From NCBI GenBank assembly GCA_951406725.2, contig OX597823.1:23250001-23314000 (forward strand): a stretch of DNA of 64,000 nt, read 5' to 3'. This DNA is from Octopus vulgaris. Its lineage: Eukaryota. The first letter of the stretch is position 1, and every line of letters starts with the position of its first letter. Below, piece by piece: positions 25,780-39,459 of the stretch. Both the position numbers and the translations under genes were made by a program. The notes under the pieces are model-generated. The model saw only the letters and a program-made list of their open reading frames with translations, was not told the origin of the DNA and searched no databases.

Positions 25780-27497
25780 TGACAGATTATTTTTTTCTTC
25801 TTATTTTATTTTCATTTTTTCGAACTAACACAGACAGAATGAATCTTTCATAAGTTTAAAAAGCACCACAAAAAAAAAAAGAAGACTATGTTCGGAGATA
25901 AATCTATCAACAAAAAAAAAATACAGATGAATACAGATCTGTTAGCCTTAAGAAGCTACTCTACTAACAATATTTACACACAGAGAAGACGGAGACAGTG
26001 TTGTCGCAAAAAATTAACCCTAAACTGACAGATTTGTCTCCTAATGTAAGCGTCGAAGCTCGTCATGCCTCACTGTTAACAAAACAAATTACAAACCGCA
26101 ATGGTCATCGATCGGATTACAAAAGACCACATACCCGAATATTGAACCAAATTCAGGTTGAAAAATCAGCTACTGGTTCAAATCTTTCCGATGCACAGGA
26201 GCTGGACGTACCCCACAACCGGAATATTCCAACAGATGGCCTTCCATACCCGTCATCAAATAACCAAAAGAAAAAGAATGAAAAGTGGTCTAGGGAAGAT
26301 AATAAAGAAGTTCTTACAACCTTCTACCATGCCATATATTTACCCACAGATAAATCTAATACTGTACAAACTTACTTAAACTGGAGACAGAAACACCCTG
26401 AAGTAAGACCCTACATAGACAGTAACAAACTTGCCAACGTCAGCAAGAAAATGAAACATAATGGTAGTGACAAAAGAAAAGATCCATGGTGGAAAAGAAG
26501 AATACAGGCAGGGTTAGACATGTTCTCAAAGGAAATCTCTGTGTTAGATCGAAAAGAGAAAGGGGAGCTTAAAAGCTAACAAAAATACAGGGTGCTGAAA
26601 AGGGAGTATAATATTGAAAGAAAGGGCCTGAAAGTAGTAGTGGAGGAACTGAAACAGCACCTTGTTGAAAAAAGCAAAGATGGTAAGATACGACCAAAGA
26701 ATGCAGGGTTACCACCAGAATAGGTTATTCAGAGAAAATCAGAAAAGATTCTATAAAGAAATAAATGGAGAGTGTACAGATGAAAAGTTGATACCAGATA
26801 ACATTGAAAATCAAAGGTTTTGGAGTGACACATAGAGCAAAGACAAGGAACACAAGAAAGATGCTGAATGATTGCAAGAACTGAAACAAACAGTATTCTG
26901 TCCAAAACAGGCAGAACTAGTCATTTTAGTTAAGGAAGTGAAGGAAATCAGCAAAAAAATGAGCAACTGGAAGGCCCCAGGACCAGATGGAGTTCAAGGC
27001 TACTGGATCAAAAGATTTGGTGAATGTCATGCACGAATAGCTGTGCAACTCAACACCTTGTTAAATGCCAACCAAGGAACACCAGAGTGGTTGACATTAA
27101 GTAGGACAGTGCTGTGCCTGAAAAATATCGTAAAAGGCAATACAGTAGACAATTACAGGCCGATATGTGGAAGTTATTGACTGGACTACTCACAGAGTCA
27201 ATGTACAAACATCTGGATAAAAATGTAGTCCTGCCACATGAGCAGAAGGGTTGCAAGCATAAGTGCAGAGGTACCAAGGATCAACTCCTGATAGACAAAA
27301 CTGTACTTAGAGAATGCAAGAGGAGGAAAAGTAACTTAGCCATGTCATAGATCGACTATCGTAAGGCATATAATATGATCCCACATTCTTGGATTATGGA
27401 GTGTATGAACCTATTTGGTATTGCATTGAATGTTGAGCAATTGCTTGGAAAAAGTATGGCGAATTGGAGGATGGACTTGACAGCATTCTGAAGAAGT
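25780..27497 (+). mobile_element. R4/Dong-clade non-LTR retrotransposon, 5' part and RT, degenerate, 3'-truncated
   Basis: KWSREDNKE, PWWKRRIQ, NWKAPGPDGVQGYWIKRF, YRPI, EQKGC...TKDQLLIDK and IDYRKAYNMIPHSWI motifs with stops and frameshifts. Immediately downstream of a (TAA)n tract (25725-25778). Confidence 0.85.
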
Positions 27498-28135
27498 TTA
27501 TTATTATTATTATTATTGAGTGAGAGAGCAGTGCATACCATCAAAGTGACACTGGAATAAAATATACAAAGCCCAGTATACCTATCATGACTACCCTTCA
27601 GATAAGGGTACACTAGGCACATGCATCACAACCATATGTGCATGACATGGTGATCTCATATCAAGATAAATAGCACATGATCTTGCAGGTGGAGCCCAGT
27701 TAGAATTTTCTTCTGGTTGAGTAACCCATCCCACTCAAAAGGTCCCTGAATAAGGGTTGTTTAAGGATGTTGAACGAAACACCCATGTTTCCAGAGGTGA
27801 ATTATTCAAACCCCAAAGAATCCCTCTCAACACATGGCTATGATGCTCCCCGACTACTTTTGCTCATGATCAGAGATGCACATATCGTCAGCCACTAAGG
27901 GACATGCTCAACTGGTTAAGGTCAAACAACTGACAAGCAAATCTGTGATATTGAGCAGAATATTTGCTGTAGCCCATCTTTTATGCCAAGACAAAACAAT
28001 GTACATGATAGCACTGCCAATCAGTTAAGATCAGAAGCCACAAGAGCCATTGCCTGGTACTGCATCAGGGCATGACAACGAGAGCTACTGCCTGGTACTG
28101 CATCAGGGTATTATTATTATTATTATTATTATTAT
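27498..28135 (-). mobile_element. Unclassified non-LTR 3' fragment bounded by (TTA)n on both sides
   Basis: Minus strand ends ...GCTCTCTCACTC(AAT)n. Internal tandem duplication of GCCTGGTACTGCATCAGGG. Truncates the R4/Dong copy. Confidence 0.5.
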
Positions 28136-28739
28136 ATAGATGTAGATATTTTTAGAATATTAGATAATCATGCAGAAGCATCATGTAATTGAAATTTTGA
28201 TTAAGATACTAGAAAGTTATCTGGTGCATTATTTTTAAATGATCAATTTATCATAAAAATATGATCCATTCACAAAATAATTTGTCAGCCTATTACATCT
28301 TTTCAGAATGACTGTGAATTGTAGTATACCATGACACACACACAAAAGCTCGCCTGCATGTTTTGGCTGTAGATCATCCGTTTATATACCCTTCTCCTGA
28401 TGGTCTGCTTTTGTGTAAGACTGATTGACCATAACAACGCTGGACATGTTGCTTGACCATCTGTCTAAGGGTGTCTTGATCCTACAAATGTAAACCATCA
28501 GAGGAAGGATGTACAAATGAATTACTACAACTTTTATGTTGAGACAAGGTTTTAAGTGGGTCCCAAGATGTTCAACAACTAACAGGAACTCTAAGTAGGG
28601 TGTCATTTTGTTGATCAATTATTTGTTTATTCTAAATTGTCCCTTTAAAGAATTACTGCAATGTTTTTGCTTATTTAAAATGTGTCTGTTTATCATTGTG
28701 TGTATAACATATTTTTTTTTTCTTTTTTTTTTCTTTCAG

Positions 28740-28973
28740 CCAATGAAAGATTTATTATATTTAAAAGAGGTAGTGTACAAGGATATGACAATCTTGGACA
28801 CCATAAAGATATAAGTGTAAAGAAGTGTAAACAAACTTGTCGGAAACATCCACAATGTAATTCATTTGAATATAAAGAAGAAACAAAGTTATGTGATTTG
28901 AGCAACGTCACTCACCTGACTAACGACATTAAACCCAACAGATGGGGCTGGGATATTTACATCCTTAATCCAG
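28740..28973 (+). CDS. PAN-PAN-CCP-GON protein, exon 4 (PAN/apple domain 2)
   Basis: PNERFIIFKRGSVQGYDNL...SVKKCKQTCRKHPQCNSFEYKEETKLCDLSN...WDIYILNP. Long polypyrimidine tract plus CAG acceptor, CAG|GTTAGT donor, phase 1-1. Confidence 0.9.
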
Positions 28974-29185
28974 GTTAGTAGAGTGTTTCTATTTTAATGT
29001 TTATATCGGTGTGTGTGTGTGTGTGTGTGTGTGCGCGTGCACACGCATGTGTGAGTGAGTGTGGATGTGTGTGTATGTTTGTGTATTTATATATATAGAT
29101 ATGTATGTGTGTGTGTGTGCAATTATATGTGTTTTTATTTTATAGGGCCTTCATGGTCAAGGTTGACTATTCATCTGCACATTCT

Positions 29186-29401
29186 TTCTTTTATCCTTTC
29201 TTTTACTTGTTTCAGTCATCTGACTATGGCCATGCTGGAGCACTGCCTCGAAGGGTTTTAGTTGAACAAATCAACCCCAGGACTTTTTTTAAACCTAGTA
29301 CTTAATCTATTGGTCTCTTTTGCTTATCTGCTGAATTATGTGGACATGAACACACAAACAATGGTTGTCAAGTGGGGATGGGGAGACAAACATAGTCACA
29401 A

Positions 29402-29439
<38 letters not shown>

Positions 29440-29818
29440 TCTTTTACTTGTTTCAGTCATTTTGACTGCAGCCATGCTGGAGCACCACCTTAGTTAAGTT
29501 GCAGCATACAACACAGTTATACAATCCACTGCCCCCAGTCATATATACATATATACATACATACATACATACATACATACATACATACATACAAACATAC
29601 ATATATACATACATACATACATACAAACATACATACGTACATACATGCATACATACATATACGATAGGCTTCTATCAGTTTCTGTGTCTACCAAATCCAC
29701 TCACAAGGCTTTGTTTGACCTGAAGCTATAGTAGAAGGTACTTGCCCAAGGTATCATGCAGTGGGACTGAACTCAGAACCATGTAGTTGGGATGCAAGCT
29801 TCTTACCACACAACCACA
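29186..29818 (-). mobile_element. Two adjacent SINE family A copies
   Basis: Reverse complements of the family A 3' half (29186-29400) and of a 5' half plus tail (29440-29818). Confidence 0.75.
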
Positions 29819-30189
29819 CATATGCACAAGTCTGGGCAAAATTTTATGAAGACTGGCAGATTACTATGCATTTAAGTTTCTCATTCCCATGTTACTGATG
29901 TTTATCCAAGAGAAAGGATGCCAATGCAGGCCAAAGCAGGCCAATGCAGGCCAGTGACATCAATGTCATTACAGGCATTGCTATCAGAATGCTAAAAACT
30001 GCTAGAACAGATGCTACAAGGTACATTGCCTGACCCTGTATCCATTCTGCCAATCCACTACTCTGGAAAAATGAAAGACAAATTGATCTGGGTGGATGGG
30101 ATTTGAACTCTGAAAGTAGATAGTTGAAACAAATACACAAGGTATATTATCCAATAGTCTGACAACTCTTCTAATTCACTCTCTTATGT

Positions 30190-30270
<81 letters not shown>

Positions 30271-30859
30271 ACATATATGTGTGTTATATAAAACATTTAG
30301 AAGACAGAAAAAGACAACATAATCTGAACTCTGTTCTCACTCTCTTTTTGTCCTACATTGCACATTTATTCTTTCATTGGTTCCAATGATTGTCTAGCAT
30401 CTATGTTCAGCCCTACCCCCATCGAAAAAATACAGGATTCCATTCCTTTAAAAAAAAGGCCCTGTCTAGTTCAAAGGAAAAGTGTAGATAGACATTCCAT
30501 ATGGTATACTCAGTGCAAACTATGGACACACAAGAGATGAAATGGGACTGCAAGAAAGTTTACAGTCATCTTGGTATGAGATTATATATATATATATAGA
30601 TAGGTATATATATATATATATGCATGTGTGTATGTCTTTGTGACTGTATTTGTCCATCACAGCCACTTGACAACTAATGTTGGTGTGTTTATATCCCTGT
30701 AACTCAGTGGTCCAGTAAAAGAGATTGATAGAATAAGTACCAGGCCTAAAATAAAAGCTCTGGTGTTGATTCATTTGACTAAAATTCTTCAAGGCAGTGC
30801 CCCAGCACTGCCTTGAATGACTGAAACAAGTAATAGGTAACAAGGTAAAAAGTATCAAA

Positions 30860-31450
30860 CCAAGAAAGTTATATGGTTTAACTCACTCTACGGTATCAAC
30901 ATATCAACTACTGGATGTTTCTTCTCTCTTTTAATAAAGCACTTCCCCGGTCAACACAGATACCACAAACTATTCAATAAGAATTTGGTCAAGGTTAGCT
31001 ACAGCTGCCTTGTCAATATAGGGTTACAAATACTAAACCACTATAAGAGAAATATATATACTAACAATTTAAGGCTGACCCAACAAGATTGTAATTTTAG
31101 AAACCAATCATAATGCCCACTACTTAATAAGTGCCACTCAAAAGAGCTCATCTGCAAAGTCAAAGTTCAAAATAATGAAGACACTGTAAAATTGTATTTA
31201 GACTTCACAGAAAACACTTTTAAGCCTGTTTTACGCAATCCAAAACAGTTGTAGAAGGAATTCTACATCGTTGTCTAAATACACCTGACACCTAAAGGAC
31301 AAGGGTATAAACAATCCTACAATCAAGTGGAGTAATTTAGCTAAGGAAGTGCCTATGATGGATGGGGTACAAGATATAATTTATGTGTAGCTGAAGAACT
31401 GCACATATCCTAAACTAAAAAGAGGAAACACTTGTCCCCTAACTTAATGT
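30860..31450 (+). mobile_element. Degenerate Penelope-like element (RT-thumb/linker and GIY-YIG)
   Basis: Remnants of KVIWFN, VKVSYSC, CNFR..CPLLNKC, YLDFTENTFK, SKYT*HLKDKG and NLCVAEELHI. Confidence 0.7.
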
Positions 31451-32060
31451 GAAGAAATTTAGTTTCCATTATTTAAATATATTCCTCTCCCAAGCGAATT
31501 CCATCTGCAAACAGTATAGCAGTAATCCTGAATGCAGATTTCTACTCACAGGGTCTCCTGGTTTCATCCCTCACTGTCATTGCAATTGTAATTGTCTCCC
31601 TGCTCCCTTTTTTCAATGACTTCATTATTGTCCCTATTGCCACAATGAGAACTGCTGTAAGTAACAGTACATATACTCTTCACATAGCTGATTTTAGATC
31701 CAAACCCTTTCAACAATACCACTATATCTGCTATCTATCCCTCTTTATTCATACTTTATCTGTTGGTTACCTGTATCACTACTTATGTTTAATACCTTGA
31801 TTATCTTTGCTGTCATCTGATATTGCACTCTTATATAATCTAAACCCCTTCATTTGCTCTAAATGGTATACTTCAAACACCTGTTTCCTCTCCTTTTTCT
31901 ATTTCCTTTTGTATATATCTAAATGTCTTTGTGTATATGTTCATTTTTTCAGTTTGCTTCACTCAGTATATTTCTTTCTAAATCTCTCATTATCTTTGCA
32001 TTCTCACTTTCCTCCTGACACACTTTCAACATTGGTATCAATTTCTCTTATCAATTTCAG

Positions 32061-32231
32061 GTTACCGGAAGATTGACTGTGGAACTCCAAAAGATGTTGC
32101 TGGTGCATTGAAGGTCTACACGAACACTACTTATGAATTTCAAGTGACATATATTTGCCCAATGGGAGAAAAACTTACATCAACATGTGAAATGAACAAT
32201 GAATGGACTGTAGTTGTGCCTACTTGTAAAG
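32061..32231 (+). CDS. PAN-PAN-CCP-GON protein, exon 5 (CCP/sushi domain)
   Basis: GYRKIDCGTPKDVAGA...VTYICPMGEKLTSTCEMNNEWTVVVPTCK follows the C..P, Y.C..G, C....W...P.C sushi consensus. Phase 1-1 with canonical sites. Confidence 0.9.
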
Positions 32232-34666
32232 GTAACATGGATTCTCTCTTGTTGCCCCTATCAATGTACTTTTGTTTTATCATTATGTTAAATGTCTAAG
32301 AGGAAGAACAGTGGTGTCTATGACCGTTTTTACTGTTTGTGGCTAATAGGAAGGGGAGAGGAAGTTGTCCCCAAACTAGAAACCTCCCCAAATGCTTGCA
32401 ACACAATGGATTCCATTAATTCTATCCAAGGGTCAGGCAACAACACCAAATTGGGCAATGGATTGTCTGTAATTCAAAATCTGGAAGGGCGGAATCATAT
32501 TTCCTTTAACGGGATTCAACACAGTTTTCATTTAACAAATCTTATCCCTAAGATTTAGTATAGTAGCAAATTTTTAACCACACAGTGAAAACTGCAGCCA
32601 ATTCAAGTACTTTTTTGATATTTTCAAGTTCATTTGTATGTTTATTTCCATTTTAACACTAGACCTCCTATTCTCCTGGTAACATTTTTCTATATGTAGG
32701 AAGCTCTATTAATTGTCATCATAACCTATTATGGCATCTATAAACCACTTTTTGGTGGGACATCTTTCACTTTCATCTTTGCTAGTCTTTTTCCCTTTAA
32801 GAAAGAAATTGACAAAAATTCCTCTGTCTTTATAGAACTGATACACATCAATTTCTCTGAAAGGCTTGTTACAAGAAGCAAAAGATTTTTGGACCCCAAA
32901 TGGTTCTCAGATGTTTTCCTACCTATCCATGCATTAAGTTTATAGAACAGCTAAATTTCATTTTGATGCATCAGAAATTCGCAGTGCATTTGTTAACATT
33001 ATTCCACACTCTGTATTAAGAAAAGAATTGTATTGTCTTCTCATTTATAATATTACAAGTCCATCTAAATAATTCACCATTTACCACCACAAGTGAAACT
33101 GCTTGAAGCAGCAATGTGACATTGTTACACTTCTGATATTGAGGAGGATAATAATTTTTTACTTTGATACAAGGGTACAGATTTGTTGAGATGTGGGCTA
33201 TTATTGACTGATACCAATCCCAAAATATATTACTGATATCTATTTAAAACAACCTTGATAATCTAAAAGGCAAAGTTATTCTAAAGAGAAATTTAACTCA
33301 AAATATAAAGGGTCATAACAACATAGAAAAGAATATTTAATTTTAGGCCCTAATATTTCTGCCACTCTGCCAGAAATATATTAATAATATATTAATAGCA
33401 TTAATAATTAGCCAAAATAGCATATCTCTGAATAGGAACTTCACTCAAAATATCAGCATTTTCATTTTTTCAGAGCATACCAATGTATCCAAATTTAATA
33501 ACTATACATTTATTTTGTGATGATATTTTACTTCCTTATCTATGTCCAAAAGAAGGTTGTTCTATTGACTGACAATGGTTCACCTAACAATACAGTTTAA
33601 TCCTCATATATATCACAGATGTGCTGTTTCTATTCTTTTTCCATACTATCTCTACTACACTGTCTACACCTATGAATTATCCAACAGCAGCATATTCTCT
33701 TCAGCCAAGAGACCTTGACTGAGTTGTCTTCTCTCCTCCTATCAGTCTTATTGTGTCTTGCCTCTCACAACCCTTGCTAAAAACTTACCCAATCCTTCCT
33801 CTTCAAAACTGCATATCTTTAGCATTCTTCCTCCAGCCCTCCACATTTTTCCATAGACATCAACCTACAGATGTTCGAGTTAAATATAACTGTATCACTC
33901 CAATTGCACTCCAGTTCTGACTAATCTTCCTCCTTCTCACTACCATCATATTTTTATGCCCACGGCTGATATTGACTTGGGTTGGATAGCTTATTATGGT
34001 TCAAATCAGTTCTTATCAAAATTATTGCTCTACTAGACATGTAGGAATACTATGTCTCTCTTGCATGTTCTCTTTATGGCAGTGCTTTTCTATATTTATT
34101 ATTTGTTTTTTTTTAATATGTTCAAAGAAAAACGAACTTTAGAAGTAGGATTAATAGTAAAATGTTTCTGTCTCCAAATTTCAGTGAAGTCAAGTTTGTT
34201 TTATACCCAACTCTGATTCAGATAAAGTGGGTACTAGATATATACTCTGTTCAATACAGTCAATAATACCCTTCTCTAAAAATGCTTGTGGCTTTGTACT
34301 GAAGCAAAAAACATCTTTTTAAAATGGGGAATACAGTGGAATGGAACACAGTTGAAGATGGAACTAGATGCCTCGCACTATTTCATTTCACCTCCCTACA
34401 ATATGGGTTTAAATACCACAAGTGTAAGTTTTAGATTTAATCCCTTTGGAGTTGATAAAAACAACTGATATCAGTAGCTATCAAGAAAATTTTGAAAATG
34501 CTACATGTCCCACCCTTCATGTATCCACCTCTCTATTGCCTTCCAAGGCATTGTCAACTCAATAATCAGGAATATCATACTATTGCAAAATAAAACAAAA
34601 GGGAATAAAATGGTGTATGTGTGTTTTAAATGTCTATTTAAAATTTTTATTATCATTATTTTACAG

Positions 34667-34938
34667 AACCTACTTCATGCAAAGACATAAAAATGTGTGG
34701 TAGGGATGCAACTGATGGGGAATACTGGATTTACCCCTCTGTCCTTAACCATAGAAGATTAAAGGTTTATTGTCATGACATGGAAACAGATAAGCCAAAA
34801 GAATTTATCACCTTACCACATGAAAATTTTGCATATGTACCAGCTTTGAAACCATTCCATTTATGCATAAACCGCTTTGATGAAACAATTAGCAAACCAG
34901 GGAAAACTATTTTTAAGAAAGTTCGAATTTATCCAGAG
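34667..34938 (+). CDS. PAN-PAN-CCP-GON protein, exon 6 (GON domain, N-terminal part)
   Basis: EPTSCKDIKMCGRDATDGEYWIY...KVYCHDMETDKPKEFITLPHENFA...TIFKKVRIYPE matches the GON consensus (P.SC..I...DGEY...YC..M....PKEYLTL..EN.A...T.F.KVR). Phase 1-0. Confidence 0.9.
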
Positions 34939-35965
34939 GTAAATGTTTCATTGCTTAATTTTCATGATGTTTCCTATAAAAATGAAAAATTAGTGATTTG
35001 TTGATCTGGAAATTTTTGATTCAGCACAATTTTAACCAAGAAAACTAACTGGCATACTCCTGTGTTTTTTTAAAATTTCAGAAGGAGAAAAGAATAATCA
35101 CTAGAATTGGTACACTAAAAATTGCCTGTATTGGCAAATCCTCCTTTAGAATCCATTAAAAGTATAATGCCACAAATTTAGCAAGCTATGTATAGCAATT
35201 AAGAGAGAATGTCATATAACATAAACTGGTGGCTGCTGAAATGATATAGAACTTTTCTTGATAGTTGTAGGAGATGCAGGCTCTGCTTACTGGAGAAGAA
35301 AATCATTCTAAAAATTTCATACAATCCTGGACTCAAAAAGTGAAATTTTTGGATGCTGTCCATATACATGCAAATTTGTTTTGAAAATGGGGCCATGTCC
35401 CTTTTTGAACTAGAGGATAATACACAAACTGTCTACACTCATGGCTAACACTAACCCATGTGAATTCTGTTTTTGTTCAAATATTTTTCACTAAATTTCA
35501 TTTCACCCTTTTGCTACCATCAAATCAACCTAGAGTTTATGAACCTGCAGCACTAAAAAGGCTTTTTCTTCTTCCCCCCCTCCTCCTCCTCTGCCACCAC
35601 CTCCTCCTTCTCTTCTGTATCCTTCCTCTTGATTCACCCCCCTCTAAATAATCTCTACCCCACTTACTCATCCTATAACCACTCTTTTGCTTATTTATTT
35701 TTTTCCTCCCAATATAAGCCAAAAAACAGGGCCTGGAAGATGCACAACATAACAGCACACCTTTGATGCAAGTCTGATGAAGTGACTCTCTAATGTCTAA
35801 AATTGCAAACATTACAGAAATTTTCCCTTTGTATTTTTGCATAAACTGGTGTTGCAAGTATAGTTGGTACAGAAACAACTGTAATGAATCCTTAAACATG
35901 TGTTAAAGAATTTTCTTTGGCTTTTTCTCATTAACTGTATATATACACATATATACATATGCACG

Positions 35966-36105
<140 letters not shown>

Positions 36106-36216
36106 TTAACTTCTGTTTTCCATGCTAAACATGGGTTGGATATGTATACAAATACACACAAGTGAATAAACTGGCTAATAATGTAATTTTTTTTTTCTTT
36201 ATTATTCTGTCCACAG

Positions 36217-36393
36217 GAAATGGTTCTCGACAGATTTGATTTTACATTCACAGAACTTGAAAAAGGCAAAGGAAAAAACAAACGAGGTTTCGGTGCTGCT
36301 GAAGATTGCTTGTATGGTAAATCAAGTTACTGCAAAAGTCAAGGTGCAATGAAGGTTGATCTAACACACACTGGTCTCATCATCGGGGATTCG
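36217..36393 (+). CDS. PAN-PAN-CCP-GON protein, exon 7 (GON domain, middle)
   Basis: EMVLDRFDFTFT...FGAAEDCLYGKSSYCKSQGAMKVDLTHTGLII matches GON D.TF, F..A.DC, C.QG...DL..TG. CACAG acceptor and TCG|GTATGA donor, phase 0-0. Confidence 0.9.
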
Positions 36394-36822
36394 GTATGAT
36401 TTATTTACTCATTTTATTATTGTTGGAACCATAAGTTCAAATTTTACAAGGATTTCTATTAAATTTGATTCAGTCAAAAATATGGATAGTGATTACACTC
36501 TCCCAAATGTATAAACAGTTTAAAAGAAACTGGGTATGTTGCTTGGGAAGCTGTCTGTGCAATATGTCAATGTGTGTACCTGAAGATCTGTAACTGTTGC
36601 CACAGTTATATTTTGATTAACTCTAGATATTTGAAAAAAGTTTGAGGTGGGCATTCACATGCTCTCTCAGATGATTAAGGCTGATGCGCTAACATTTAAC
36701 CTATATATCTTTGGGTGAAACATGTGCTGGTTTGATAACCGGAGCCCTGATTCAAATGCTCACAGCAGAGGGAATTCTTCTGAAGGTACCCAAAGTTAGG
36801 TGGTAATATTGAACCATTGAAT

Positions 36823-36969
36823 CGAGGTCGACTTTACTTTTCATCCTTTTGGGGTCGATAAATTAAGTACCAGTTACACACTGGGGTCGATGTAATCGAC
36901 TTAATACCTATGTCTGTCCTTGTTTGTCCCCTCTATGTTCAGCCCCTTGTGGGTAGTAAAGAAATAGGT
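36823..36969 (+). mobile_element. SINE family C core and 3' end
   Basis: CGAGGTCGACTTT.CTTTTCATCCTTT.GGGGTCGATAAATTAAGTACCAG core. Degenerate copies at ~670-880(-), 21180-21450, 22190-22390(-), 24560-24740, 43880-44000, 62273-62450 and 62491-62670. Confidence 0.7.
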
Positions 36970-37032
36970 AATATTGAACCATGCCATGTACACACACAGA
37001 CACAGACACAGACACACAGACAGACACACAGA

Positions 37033-37075
<43 letters not shown>

Positions 37076-38750
37076 ACACACACACACATTGATATAAGCA
37101 GGTGCTAAATAGGATGCTAAGAAGCTAGCTTCCCCAAATGCTTAAATGGACTGGGTTTAACTGATGAGGCAACAGAAATTTCTGAAACTGATGTCAGTAT
37201 TAAGAATTCTTGATCACCACCTTTTGGACAACTCAGGTCCCTGAGTTTTCATTCATTCCCATTAACAACAGTATTAGAGCATTTTAGCTCTTATATCTAG
37301 CAATGTAGGTGTCTCTTAACACCCTAGTTACATTTAGTGACAATTATATATATATATATATATCTACATACATACACACATATGTATGTATGCATGTATG
37401 TATGTATTTCCCTTTTCTCCCCTCCCACCGCACCTTTTCCTCAACTAAAGGCTTCCATGATATGCTCAACCAGCAACTATCACTACCACCTCTGCCACAT
37501 GCATATATAGGTATGTTATTTGAATATGTATGTATGTGTATATATGTTTGCATATGTATGTCAGGTCACTTTTAGTGCTACCGATAACATGTAACTCAGT
37601 ACAACTTGTTAGCTGGTTGGGTTGCTAAGAGACTAAAGTGGCACCCCTACCAAGCCTGCTTAGTAAGGTGGGTGGTCTTTTTGTTGGTCAGCCTGCAGAA
37701 TGAAAATTAAAACCTGTTAAAGGGCAGATAGACTCAGTAAAATAAATGGCCATCCAATAGTTAAGTATGAGAGACCTCAGTTTATGTTTAGACTGTCTCT
37801 AGGAGAAAGAAAACTGATGTAACACCTAAAACTTTATTTGCATTCAATTTTGTAGACTAGTTCTTCCTTTTGGAAAAATGCATTTGTTGTTCAGAGTGGA
37901 ACTGGCTGAGTGCAATGCCTTTCCTCACTTCAAGGCTTGCTTGATTTTTAACATCTCCATTATTCATTGTATAGTATGGCTGGCTTTAGTTAAAATCAGA
38001 AAAACACTCAATGAAAGATTACAATAATTTACAGACTAATGGTAATAAGGTCTCTAGAACAGATAGTAAAAGGGTTTGGCTTCGCAGATGTCCAAGGGCA
38101 CCACAGCTGAAAGTCAAAATATCTGACCTACAATGAGCACTATATAATGACAACCTGAATGGTTGAGCTATAGAGGAGAACAAAAAAGGAAGAAACATTT
38201 TTAAAAATAGATATAAACTAGCCAACCACCTAGTTTCAGACCAGTTGCAGTGGAATTGTGTTAGTGACCAAGTTGCAGAGCATGCAATGAAAATATCAAT
38301 TTCATCAATTCCACACAATAAAGTTAACAGTTTTAGGGTGTTTTTGAAATACTAAAATGAGTCTTTTATGCTTTAGTTAATTTGGTTTCAACACAAAGTC
38401 TCAGATAAAAACATTTGCCAGACAAGTACAACTCTGGAATTATTTTTGATGTTTCAACCCTATTTTTCCTGTTCCCTGTTTAAAGTGGTTGCTGTCTTGG
38501 ACCAAATACTTTTAGAGATGGGTGTTCTTTCTTTTATAAACTGGAGTAACTAGAGATATAAGCCTTGCTTAGAGACTCAAACACAATGGCTATAGAGGTA
38601 GCAAGATTTGATTTTGTGATCTCCTGATTTGTCATTGAATAAATTTACTTCACAGATATTGTGATTCTTATCTATCTTGTTTCTCAGAATGTGAATAATG
38701 CGATTATTATAACTTTGTGTCAATCCCATCTACTATTTTCCTAACTTTAG

Positions 38751-38895
38751 CTTAAATGGGTGACATATGGTGATGACTCACGGATTAGTGATTTGGTATA
38801 TTCTAAAAATAAGAAAGTAGTAACAGCTACATGTGGAGGAAAATGTGGTGGATGTAAACCTAAAGGCAAGTTTACAGTGCAACTTGGTCCAGTTG
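38751..38895 (+). CDS. PAN-PAN-CCP-GON protein, exon 8 (GON domain, C-terminal part)
   Basis: LKWVTYG...VTATCGGKCGGCKPKG matches the GON terminal CGG.CG.C.P motif. TTTAG acceptor and G|GTAAGT donor, phase 0-1. Confidence 0.9.
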
Positions 38896-39345
38896 GTAAG
38901 TGAAATAATTTCTAATCTATATTTGTTTTTATATCACACATTAACCTCACTAACCTCTATGTCAAAGCCAGATTAAAGCCAACTGACACCCTTAGCACTA
39001 CTGGACATTAACACTCTTTTAATTATTCTCTGACCATTTCCATAGGCCAGGGCCTATAATTGTATTAAATATACTGTTTTTGAATTTTATTTAATATAAA
39101 CAATTTATTTACTTATAGCAGGAGCAACAGGAAAAAAGGCAAATTTTTGACACATTTTCATAAACTCTTCAAATGTAATTTATAATTTGTGGGTGTGTAG
39201 TAAGAAATTTTCTTCCCAACCACATGGTTCTGGTTCCAGTCCCACTACAGGCACCTTGCTCAAGTGTCTTCTACTGTTGCCCTGGGCTCACCAAAGCCTT
39301 GTGAATGGGTATGGTTGATGAAAACTGTGAGAAGCCTTTAATTAC

Positions 39346-39376
<31 letters not shown>

Positions 39377-39459
39377 TGTATGTATGTATGTATGTATGTA
39401 TGTATGTATGTATGTATGTATGTATGCATGCATGCATGCATGTTTGTATAAACTCTGAA

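Noticed and set aside
37157-37205. CTGATGA...GAAACTGATGTC hammerhead-like string
   Set aside because: Boxes are present but stems I and II do not pair convincingly. At best a decayed remnant. The same applies to ~2250-2295, ~10229-10258 and ~51800-51850.
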